Source: an uncultured Gammaproteobacteria bacterium (lineage in GTDB: Bacteria; Patescibacteriota; Microgenomatia; Levybacterales; UBA12049). Taken from it: a stretch of 64,000 nt of DNA. The notes beneath the pieces are model-generated. The model was not told the origin of the DNA, did not search any database, and was given only the letters and a program-made list of their open reading frames with translations. Location: NCBI GenBank assembly GCA_964503265.1, contig CAZCYO010000004.1, positions 162,157 to 226,156 of the forward strand, given 5' to 3'. The first letter of the stretch is position 1, and each line of letters starts with the position of its first letter. The translations under genes were made by a program, and so were the position numbers. This document shows positions 10,191 through 21,300 of the stretch, piece after piece.

Positions 10191-11624
10191 ATGCGTTTTT
10201 ATTCAAACTCACTTATACTGAGCTTTCTCAGTATAATAGTACTTTTTCTCGGTGTTCACCCAGTAGAGGCAGCGACATTATCAGCAGTAAAAGATACTAT
10301 TACTACTTCCCGCCCATCAGCTTCATGGTATCTCTCCAGTGACTATGCAAGTACCGATACAACAGTATCTCTAAGTACTAATAGCTTATCCCGCTATCTC
10401 GCGTCTGACTCTGCTCGGCTTATCTCCCCTGGAACACCCGCAACAGGAGCGGTTCCTCTTGGAAGTAGTGTCGTTATCGCTTCTCAATCTGCAGATTTAA
10501 AAACAGTGTATCTAGCCAACAGTAGTGGAACTGCGGCAAAAACACCTTCAGATATATTAATAGTACCGATTACTGCCAAACATACAGTTGTCTTTACCAC
10601 GGTTACTTCTGTTGCATCTACCGGAAAAATCGTCATTACATTCCCAGGAAGTGGTTCTAACATTGCATCACCATCTGCATCAACATTTTCCTTTAACGGA
10701 TTAGCAAGTGCTAACATTAGTACGACCTTTAGCTCAGGCACAACCACGTGTGGATCATATACCATCAGTGCTCCAACTATTACGTGTAACTTAGCTACTG
10801 CTGGTATTAACCCAGGTGTTACTGTCACGATGGTTATTGGTAATTCAACCCCTGCCCTTATTAACCCTACTAAGTCAAATACTGCAGGTAGCAACGATTC
10901 GTGGAGAGTTACTGTGCAAACAACAGATAGTGGTGGCCTTGTGCTTGATGATGCGAAAATTGCGATTGGCACGATTGACTCTGTTAAAGTTACGGCTGAT
11001 GTCGATCCATCACTTACGTTTACCATTGCGGGTGTAGCACCAGGCACAACGTTAAGTGGTATTAGTTCAACGACGAGTGTGTGTGGAGACACGACTACGG
11101 CTGGATTGCCAGCTGCAACAGCAACAGAAGTGAACCTAGGCTCACTTCGTAATGCAGCGATTAGTATAGCTGCACAGCGATTAACAGTCTCAACCAATGG
11201 TGCACAAGGATACACGATCTCTGCTACCTCTAGTGGCCGTATGATTAATCCTGCTACTGGTTTCTGGCTCTATGGATTAAATGGTGACACATTGCTCTCA
11301 GCTAATGATACCCCTGTCCCAGCAACCTTTAGGGCATCTGGATTTGAGGGCTTTGGCATCTCAGCATGTGGATCTCACTCAAGCACAATTGTGAGTAGCC
11401 AATGGGGTGGTAATGCATGTGCAACAGGATTTTCAAGTGGCTGTAAGTATTCTAATCCGTACAATGTAGGAACAGCTTCATTCTACTCAACAATCACCTC
11501 CTATACTGGTGGTGCTGTCTCAGCTGATGACACGATTGTAAAGTATGCAGGCACAGTATCCGGCACCACACCTCCAGGTACGTACCGAACGATGTTTACC
11601 TATGTTGCCACTGCGACATTCTAG
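10191..11624 (+). CDS. secreted surface protein, tandem paralog of 7573..8994
   Basis: About 745 nt (10727..11470) are essentially identical to 8097..8840 at nucleotide level. C-terminus PPGTYRTMFTYVATATF. Confidence 0.55.
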   Translation: MRFYSNSLILSFLSIIVLFLGVHPVEAATLSAVKDTITTSRPSASWYLSSDYASTDTTVSLSTNSLSRYLASDSARLISPGTPATGAVPLGSSVVIASQSADLKTVYLANSSGTAAKTPSDILIVPITAKHTVVFTTVTSVASTGKIVITFPGSGSNIASPSASTFSFNGLASANISTTFSSGTTTCGSYTISAPTITCNLATAGINPGVTVTMVIGNSTPALINPTKSNTAGSNDSWRVTVQTTDSGGLVLDDAKIAIGTIDSVKVTADVDPSLTFTIAGVAPGTTLSGISSTTSVCGDTTTAGLPAATATEVNLGSLRNAAISIAAQRLTVSTNGAQGYTISATSSGRMINPATGFWLYGLNGDTLLSANDTPVPATFRASGFEGFGISACGSHSSTIVSSQWGGNACATGFSSGCKYSNPYNVGTASFYSTITSYTGGAVSADDTIVKYAGTVSGTTPPGTYRTMFTYVATATF

Positions 11625-11683
11625 CTACAAATAGCCAACCAGAATCTAGCAAAAAGAGATAACTTACGTTACTATAATTAGGT

Positions 11684-13093
11684 ATGGTAAAAAAATCTTT
11701 TTCTGTTATAGCAACCGTATCTGTTAGCTTCGTTCTACTACTTTTATGTACCCCTTTTGCCCATGCTGCAACGCTGTCTGCTGTCTCTGATAAACTGTCC
11801 ACATCCAGACCTTCAGCTTCAGCATATATAAACGCTGCATATGGATCAAGCGACTCAGTTGTAACGATTGTTAACAACGGTTCGCGATATCTTGCTTCTG
11901 ATTCTGCACGTATTATTGGCTCGCCTGGAAATGTGATTGGCAATCAAGTCACAGTCGCGTCACAATCTGCTGATTTAACAGGTGTGTATCTTGCTAATAG
12001 TACAGGCACTGCTGCTGGCTCCAGTACGTATAAAGATCTTCTGATTGCTCCTATCACCGCCAAGCACACTATTAGTTTTACGACTATTAATGCTGTGGCT
12101 GCAGGTGGAAAGATTGTCATTACATTCCCGGGTACAGGCTCTAATATAGCCTCTCCATCCGCATCAACGTTCTCATTTAATGGACTTACTTCTGGAAATA
12201 TTAGTTACTCTCCAAGTGCAGGATCAAGTACTTGCTCCTCATTTGTGATTAGTGCACCAAGCATTACCTGTACGATAGCTACGGCAACGCTCGATGCAGG
12301 AGTGACGGTGACACTCACGCTTGGCAGTTCAACGCCAGCACTGATAAATCCAACTAAATCAGGTACAGCAGGCACGAATGATGCATGGACAATGACTATT
12401 CAAACAACTGATTCAGGAGGAGTTACCATTGATGATGCGAGAATTAGTATTGGTACGATAGAGACAGTCAAAGTCTCAGGAGATGTTGATCCATCACTCA
12501 CCTTTTCAATCGCCGGAATCGCTGCTAGTACCTCATTTTCATCTCAAGTAAGCTCATGTAATGGTTCAGATTCCACTCAAAATACTCCTTCTTCATCAGC
12601 TACTGATGTTAGTCTGGGTTTCTTACGAAATGGCTCTATCAATATCGCAGGCCAAGTGCTAACAGTGTCTACGAACGGTTCTCAAGGATATACAATTTCA
12701 GCCACAAGTAGTGGTCAGTTTATCAATCCGTCAACAGGCTACTGGATTTATGGACTCAACAGTGATACAGCCTTAAGTGGGAACGATACGCCTGCCCCAG
12801 CTACATTTCGAGCAAGTGGACTTGAAGGGTTTGGATTATCAGCGTGTGGAAGTAGAGTAACAGCTGGGACATGGGGTGCGACTAACTGTACAACTGCGTT
12901 TAGTAGTGGGTGTAAATACTCAAACCCATTTAATACAGGCACTAACTCGTACTATGCAACCTTAGCAAGCTACTCGGGTGGCGCAATCTCAAACGAACAA
13001 ACAGCAGTTAAGTACGCAGGTAGTATTTCAGGAGCCACAGCACCGGGAACCTACAGAACCATGGTTACGTATGTCGCCACTGCTACATTCTAA
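11684..13093 (+). CDS. secreted surface protein, third paralog of the FTYVATATF family
   Basis: Same length and architecture, signal peptide, YWIYGL motif, C-terminus YRTMVTYVATATF. Confidence 0.55.
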   Translation: MVKKSFSVIATVSVSFVLLLLCTPFAHAATLSAVSDKLSTSRPSASAYINAAYGSSDSVVTIVNNGSRYLASDSARIIGSPGNVIGNQVTVASQSADLTGVYLANSTGTAAGSSTYKDLLIAPITAKHTISFTTINAVAAGGKIVITFPGTGSNIASPSASTFSFNGLTSGNISYSPSAGSSTCSSFVISAPSITCTIATATLDAGVTVTLTLGSSTPALINPTKSGTAGTNDAWTMTIQTTDSGGVTIDDARISIGTIETVKVSGDVDPSLTFSIAGIAASTSFSSQVSSCNGSDSTQNTPSSSATDVSLGFLRNGSINIAGQVLTVSTNGSQGYTISATSSGQFINPSTGYWIYGLNSDTALSGNDTPAPATFRASGLEGFGLSACGSRVTAGTWGATNCTTAFSSGCKYSNPFNTGTNSYYATLASYSGGAISNEQTAVKYAGSISGATAPGTYRTMVTYVATATF

Positions 13094-13149
13094 GTAATCT
13101 ATCACTTCAAAGCATAGTGTGCTAATCACGTTTTTGGTCAAGAGAACTT

Positions 13150-14091
13150 TCAATATCCCACAAACCAGGCATGATGTAATAGTTTCCGTGGTTTTCCGCT
13201 AATAAAATAGACTAGCCTATTACTATATATCCATGTGAAGCGTTCAGGCCATATTCTAATGATAAGCAGTGGGATAAGAATAATAAATGGAAGAGCCAAC
13301 CATAATGCGCCAAATGGAATACCAATGAGAAATTTCCATACTTTATCTAGCAGTTCACGCACCCATTTGATAAATTGCTCCCATAGAGGCAGTGATTTAA
13401 GCGTGAGAGTTCGACTTGGTTGCTCTGAGTCTTTTCCATTATATGTAGCATCAGCAAAAAGTGAATAACTCCCGGCTGGAACGTTATCGATAATCACTTC
13501 GTAGTAACCATCGGAGTCAGCTCTCGTCGTAATAATCTTGCCATTAATATGAAGCCGTACAAGGGCTAATGGCATAGTATACCCATACGCCTTTGCATTG
13601 GTGCCAGATGCAATCTCTGCACGCTCTAGCGCCAACGTAGGCGGCAGGAAGATATCTTTCATGGTAATATCTCCAGTTGCAGGTGGAAAGGTAAAACAAG
13701 TGAATGATTCACCTATGTTATGGTAGTCTTTGGCTAAAATACAAAATCCTGAAAACCCAATTTTTATTTGAATACCACTTAACGAGAAGTTACCAAATTT
13801 ATCTGCAACAGTAGAACGATAAAAAACCCCATTTGACGTTAATACGAGTGACGCATATGGTGAAATAAAACCAGACACATTAAGGAAGTACTCACCCACT
13901 GTCGCACTTACCGTAACAGGTGGTGATGTCAGTGAACGCTTAGCAGCAAGCGACAGAGAAGAAGTTATATGAAGGAAAAAAGAAAGAAGAATACAGGCAA
14001 GGACTACCGATGAAATCCCCTTTTTCTTGCTTACGTCTGGTGAACTACTAGATTCATTCCTATTGAAAAATCCCATAATATAATTAGGCAT
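13150..14091 (-). CDS. membrane-anchored surface protein with carboxypeptidase-regulatory-like beta-sandwich segment
   Basis: N-terminal TM, DSDGYYEVIIDNVPAGSY-type motif, C-terminal TM helices. Confidence 0.35.
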   Translation of the reverse strand: MPNYIMGFFNRNESSSSPDVSKKKGISSVVLACILLSFFLHITSSLSLAAKRSLTSPPVTVSATVGEYFLNVSGFISPYASLVLTSNGVFYRSTVADKFGNFSLSGIQIKIGFSGFCILAKDYHNIGESFTCFTFPPATGDITMKDIFLPPTLALERAEIASGTNAKAYGYTMPLALVRLHINGKIITTRADSDGYYEVIIDNVPAGSYSLFADATYNGKDSEQPSRTLTLKSLPLWEQFIKWVRELLDKVWKFLIGIPFGALWLALPFIILIPLLIIRIWPERFTWIYSNRLVYFISGKPRKLLHHAWFVGY

Positions 14092-15350
14092 CTCCTATAG
14101 TTCAAGGCTGGCGCTATGTTTAATCCTTCGCATATAAAGAAACATAGCCCTCTCTAAAGACCCTACTATCATTGTGACAAAGGAGATCGCAAAGAGCAAG
14201 TATTTTGAATCAAAATCATGCCTAATGAAGGGATTTTCATGTGGTGTTCAGCAGTAATAACACCTAAGTAGATACTCAGCAATTACTCATGATATAAAAT
14301 TTTACACCAGTTTTAGGCGACTACTAATTTTAGATTGATAAATCAATCTAAATAAATCTTGTTGTTTACCCCATCTAATTGCTAAAACAGCATTATTTTC
14401 TTTTTGACTATATTTGATGTAGTTAATAAGCCAGAGGTTCTGTGGATGTTAAAAAATAGCACTTTTTTCTACAAATGATTTAGGGGAAATGTATTAGTAT
14501 CAAAGTATATCTTAGCATAGCAAGATTATATTTCGCTTCTTATGAAAATACCTATTTACTACTTTTGTTTCACAGCAATTGAATTATGAAAGCATTTCCA
14601 GAGAAGATCAAGAAACATAATTCCCGAATCATGGCTGATTGACACAGTTTTATCCTCTTTGATCACTCACATCTTAAGAAATCAAATTAGATAAAATTAA
14701 CAAAATATACGAAAATTACCACCCTTTATGTCGCTTCACGGTTATTCCTACTTTTTTCTGTCTAGAATTAATACATCAATTAATATCAAAGAGTGTCAAA
14801 AATATGATACTATAAGGTATTGACAAGGCTAATTCCCTACCTTCACAATGAGTATAGATCTTTTACATTTTCGTTCCATGCTTTCGAGATAATCCGTATA
14901 ATGCGTATAATCTCGAAGCTGAGACGGAAATAACTGAGAAAGCAAAACATAACGTTCTCATTGTGAAATTTAAAAACATTTTTTCACAGGATACGTGAAA
15001 ACTGCCATTTCTCTTTTCACAAACAATCATGAAAGGATTTAAAGTCGGACACGACGCATCACTCACAATTAGTCACAAACATGTGTCAAAGATACAGGAG
15101 AACCTTCCACGTTGGTTTTGGTATCTGACAGCTCTTCCATTGAGTTTTGTACTTAGTGAAGCGTATTTACTCTTTTTCACAAAATAACTCCATGAACAAT
15201 TCTGCCCTTTATCAAGACCAAAAAAGCGCCGTTATATATATACATATATTAATTAACGGCATTATCGCCAGATTATCCCCCGTATAGCCACGCAATGTAT
15301 AAAAAGCAACTAGTCCTTCAGGCAAGAAGACCACAAGCGCTCAGTAAACA

Positions 15351-18300
15351 ATGAATTACATACAGCAATTTAAATCATATCTAGAGACTTCACAAAAGGC
15401 CTCTGTAGCTACAGTGAAGAATTATCTGAGTGATATCCGTAAATTTCAACACTGGCTAGAGACAAAGTCTGGTGAAGCATTTAATCCAACACTCGTTACC
15501 TCAGGGCGTATTGAGGAGTTTAAAGCTGAGATGAGAGAGTTATCTGTTAACTCATCTGATCGATACATCTCCTCCCTGCGAAAGTTTTATGCCTATCTGA
15601 TGACTGAAAACCTCGTGAGTAGTAATCCATTTGCAAGTGAAGATACAAAACAAAAAACTCTCACAAGTGATCCGTATCATCTCAAAGGGTTTAAGAATAG
15701 TTTGTATGAAGCAAACGCTTCTGAACCTACGATCAAAAACTATCTGGCTGATGTTAACCAATTTCTCATGTGGGGTGAGGAAGTTGCGATTAACAAGCAA
15801 TCACATATCGAAAGTGATAAAAACCTTCTTTCCAAGCTCAGCACAAAACTGATTGAAGAATATAAACAACGTCTTCATCACACAGCACATCTCTCACCTG
15901 TTTCTATCAACCGCAAACTCTCCTCTATTCGCAAATATCTAGCCTTTCTGCTAAACCAAGGCGTTGTTGATGCTGTCCCATTTGTGATAAATGCAAAACA
16001 GCACGAATTTTCACAAGAAGAAACTGCAGGGATAAGCGATAATCCCACAGAGGCATCGAGCTCGATAGAATCCAACATAAATGGAAATTCTATCCAGCCA
16101 CTCCAGAAGGAAAAGCTTGATCAAGAAGATCTTAACGTTAATCGCTCTCCTCTAAACCCCTCTAAGACATACTCTTCTTTTGGCCCACTTCGACTCTTCC
16201 AACGAATTGGCGGCCTTAGCAATTTCATATTTGATTTGCTAATGATCTTGCCTCTTGTGAAAATTATTGAGCATGCTCAATACCTATTCGTTAAATTGTC
16301 GGGAAAAGGTATTTTCACAGCAGCTGAAGCTAATATGCAATCAGCTAGTCTAGCTAGCAGAACGGCTGTTAAAGCGATAAATACAGTAGAAGAACTGATA
16401 TCTCAAAGAGCAAGTAGATCTCAAGTAAAAGGAATTCACCATTTCATTACCAGAGATAAAAAAACACTTGCTGATTTTGGATTCCGTGTTTCAAACCTCC
16501 CAAAAGAGATGTATGCGCCAATTTCTTTAACAAATCTTCCCTTTCATAAAAAAATGTGGCACCACATACGATTTACTCGCCCAAACTGGTATCGAAAATA
16601 TCATTCCTATGCGATTACTCACTACTTTCACTTCGCAATTTTAATGATCGTCGTAACAACACTTGGTGTTGGTGTGTATAATGGCGTCTTTAATAAAGCA
16701 CGGGAAACCAAAACGCTCGCTGCTCCCCCTACTGCGCCGCCGCGAATCCTCTCATTCCAAGGGAGACTGACTGATGCATCTGATAATCCAATAACCGCAA
16801 CTACCAATTTGCGGTTTACGATTTATAATGACCTCTCTGCATCAGGCTCAGCAAAACTTTGGGAAGAGGTCAAAACGACTACTCCAGACACTGATGGTAT
16901 TTTTAATACGTATCTGGGACAAGGAACTGTCATTCCTTCAACTGTTTTCACAGATAATGCATCACTTTACCTGGGTATCACAGTCGGCACGAACGATACT
17001 GAGCTGACACCTCGACAACAAATTGCAACTGTTGCATTCGCCGCAAACTCAGAAACACTCCAAGGTCTTCTTCCAAGTACTGGGGCCGGTGCGGGAACGA
17101 CTAATGTTGTGTTGGCGCTCGACTCATCGGGGAACCTTACGATTGGTGGTTCTGCTACCCCTACGTTTCAAGCAAGCGGCGGTCAGTTCACCCTTTCGGG
17201 TACTGTTCTTAAGCTAACGACAACCACTGGTTCAAACAGTAATATACAAATCACACCTGATGGCCTGGGTAAAATCGATATTCAGAAAGCAATGTATAAT
17301 GGCACTCTCTTCTCTCAATTGCCAACTGCGGCTGGAGCTGTCAACGTCGACGATCTCTTCGCAGTAAATGCGACATCTTCTGGTCAATCTGCATTCACGT
17401 TAAATCAGAACAGCACAGGACCATTAATTAGCGCTTCTGTCTCAGGAGTTGCCAAATTTACTGTCGATAATGCAGGAGCTGGAACATTTGCGAGTGATTT
17501 GGCTGTAAACGGAACAAGCATAACCACAAGCCAGAGTTCATTTAATTTATTAAACACAAACGCAGGAACACTTAACTTCGCTGGAGCATCGACAACCCTG
17601 ACGATTGGCGGGACAACTGGCACACTCGCGCTAAGGAACCCCGCTATTACACTTGGAGGTGGTTCAGCTACAACGATTCAAACGGCAAGTAGCCAAACCT
17701 TAACAATTGGAGGAAGCACAACCGGAGATATCATCGTTGGCCCACAGAACGGTGCTGCAGGCGGAACGCTTCGCCCTTCGACAAATAATGCAGTTGATTT
17801 AGGTACTGCTTCATTTGCCTATCGAAATCTCTATGTAAATAACATTATTGGCGCCTCAACTGGAGTCAATGGCTATTGGCAAAGAAATGCAAATGCTATC
17901 TCCCCTGCTAATATAACTGATGATGTACTGATCGGCGCAATTGCAACGAGTTCAGCTAAAATCCGTCTCGGAGGGACAACAAATGCAGACTCTTTCTTCA
18001 ATACAGGAGGAAATGTAGGGATTGGTACCACAACGATTGGATCAAAACTGACTATAGATGCCGGTGCTCTCCGCTTTACTGGTACAGGAGCATTCGGTAC
18101 GGGTACGGATGCTGGCGTTGTGGGAACCGGTGGTATTTCGGGAAGCCTTCAGTTCATTACGGCTGGTAATACGGCTGGCACAATTACAAATGCTGGTAAC
18201 CTCGGTATTGGTACGACCATAGTCAACTCGAAACTCCAAGTATATGGAACAACGAGTGGTAATGCGCTGGCTATGTTCGACCAACGAACGCTTAATGCTG

Positions 18301-21300
18301 ATGTATTAACAGCATCAGCATCTGGCACTTCGCTTTTTACTGTACGTTATAACGGCAATATAGGAATTGGCACATCTATCCCAGCAAGTATGCTTGATTT
18401 ACGTGGCACCACTACTGGTAATGCGCTTGTTTCTTTTGTACAAAATACAACGAATGCAGACATACTTACAGCTTCAGCAGGCGCAACAACCAAGTTGACA
18501 CTCAGACAAAACGGAAATCTTGGGATTGGCACCTCTCTCCCAGCTAGTCTTCTAGATATTAGAGGTACCACCACTGGTAATGCACTCGCCACACTCGTAC
18601 AGAACACAAGCGCAGATATCTTTACCGCTTCAGCTGGTGCTACAACACGATTTGTCATCCAAAATGCTGGCAACGTCGGTATTGGAACTAGTCGCCCAGC
18701 GCAACTCCTTGATGTTCAAGGTGGCGCTGGAATTGTCGCTCAATTCTCAGGAAGAGTGGTTGGAGCTAACGCTGCTGCTTCTAATGAATTTATCACTCTC
18801 TCTCAGCTTAACTCTTCAAATTACTGGCAACTAAATAGTGGGAGTATCTCTCCCTTCTCTAATACGCTTGATATTTTAGCTGGAGGAACTGCAACCGATA
18901 GTGCCAAATTTGCGGTATTAAATATGATAGGCTCTGGTACGCCAACGGCGTCTGTCTCAGCACAAAATGCCGGTGGACAGGCTCTCGTCTTAGCTGGGGA
19001 TGGTTCGATTCAATCCGTCAGAAAGAATACTCTAGTTATTGGAGGATCGACGACGGGAAATATAGACCTTGGTGCTGATGCAAATGCTCGACTCGTAACT
19101 CTGGGTAATACGACCGGAACAAGCTCACTAACACTTAACTCAGGCACGGGAAATATAGGTATCGGAACCAGCATTGCAAAAACCATTACAATTGGAAATG
19201 TCACTGGTGCGACAGCGCTCGCACTAAACGCTGGCACAGGTGGAATCGCACTTGCGTCAACATCAACAGGAGACATCACACTTGCCTCATCAGATACACT
19301 TCTTCTTGATGCGGCAGGAGTACTCGAGCTTAACTCTTCAGGCGGAGTTATTTCAATCGGCAATGATGCAGTAGCACAAAACATAAATCTGGGGACAGGT
19401 GCAGCGGCTCGAACGATTACCTTGGGAAATGTCACTGGTGCAACTGCAGTAAATGTTAACTCTGGTACAGGAGGAATAGCGCTTGCTTCTACGAGTACAG
19501 GAGATATAACCGCAACTTCATCAGACACACTTCTTCTCGACGCTGCAGGAGTTCTTGAACTCAATTCGTCAGGTGGAGTTATCTCGATTGGTAACGATGC
19601 TGTGGCCCAGAACATTAACCTAGGCACTGGTGCAGCGGCTCGAACGATTACTATCGGGAATGTTACTGGTGCAACCGCAGTAAATCTAAACGGTGGTACA
19701 GGTGGCATCTCGCTTGCCTCGACAACAACAGGCGACATTACACTCCTCTCTTCAGACCAGCTTCTCCTTCGATCAGCCAAAGCCGCAGGAGCGACGACAA
19801 CAGAAGCAATTCAACTCGCATCGACTGCAGATTTAGGAGCAACTGATGAGCTTCTTCAGATCAGCGATAGCGCGGGTACGTTCTTCACTGTCATGGGAAA
19901 TGGAAGTATCGGTGTTGGAACAACCACCCCCCTTGCCACACTTGACCTTCGAGGCAATTTAGGCACTACTCCATTTGCTTCTATCTCTGGTCAGAGTTCA
20001 TTTGCCGGCCTCATCGTAGATAACACTGGGGTTGGAGATCTCTTTACTGCGTCGAAGTCTGGTGCGACAAAGTTCACTATTAAGAATACTGGAAATGTCG
20101 GGATTGGGACTTCTCAACCAGCCCAACTCTTTGATGTTCAAGGTGGTGCAGGTATCGTCGCTCAATTCTCTGGAAGAGTTGTGGGTGCTAATGCTAGCGC
20201 TTCAAACGAGTTCGTTACTCTCTCACAGTTGAACGCGACTAACTATTGGCAGCTTAATAGTGGGACAATTGAACCATTTAGTAATTCACTTGATTTACTA
20301 GTTGGTGGCACTGCTACTGCTTCAGCGAAATTTGCTTTTATTAATAACATCGGATCAGGAGCTCCAACAGCGTCTATATCAGGTAATCTCGCAATTGCTG
20401 TTCCAACTGGTGCTAATCCTGCAACCACCTATTCTGCATTTAATGGTGGAACGGTAAACTTTAGAACGAGCGTCGGTGGGGACGCTGGAGCAACATCTCG
20501 ATTATTCATCGCAAATAATGGGAACGTCGGTATTAATACGACAACCCCTGTATATAAACATGAAGTCGACGGCACATTCTATGCTGGAGGGGCAAATGCA
20601 GGCATCGTCATTAGTGGACAGACCATCTTAGGAGGCACATCAGCATTTGGTTCAGTTGTCGACCATAATCTCGTTATCAATGCGAACAGTCTGGCTGGAA
20701 CACTTGCTCTTCAAGCTGCGAGCACAACTGAAATTTTCTTAGATGGAAATACTGGAAACGTCGGACTCGCTGGAGTAACAGCCCCAAATAACTTCCCTAT
20801 CGAAAGTGGAGGAAGTATCGGCCCAACAACTACTAATACCTATGACCTCGGCTCTTCATCACTCCAGTGGCGCAATGTTTATGGTCAGAACTTTTATCAA
20901 AACGGAACACTCGTTAATTTAACTAACTACTGGCAGCGAGCCCTAGGTGTCATCGCGCCATCAAATATAACTGATGATCTTGTTCTCGGTGGTATAGCTA
21001 CATCATCAGCAAAGGTTAGACTTGGAGGAACCACAAACGCAAATTCATTCTTTAATACTGGGGGCAGTCTCAGTATTGGCACCACTACCCCACTTGCCAC
21101 ACTTGATGTCAGGGGGAATCTCGCTACGACGCCTACAGCATCCTTCTCTGGCTCATCTACATTTGCTGGACTACTCGTTGATAACAACGGCACTGGGGAC
21201 CTCTTTACTGCTTCTAAATCTGGTGCGACGAAATTCACTATCTTAAATAACGGGAATATTAAAGCTGCTAATTATACAACCAATGGCGGGATTCTCTACA

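Noticed and set aside
15351-16000. Giant gene 1 as a true site-specific recombinase
   Set aside because: Only the N-terminal core-binding domains are present, in duplicate. No catalytic domain with R-K-H-R-H-Y residues follows before the TM helix.
19190-19885. CRISPR-like regular repeats
   Set aside because: The 231-nt units are in-frame protein repeats inside a giant ORF, with no short repeat-spacer architecture and no cas genes.
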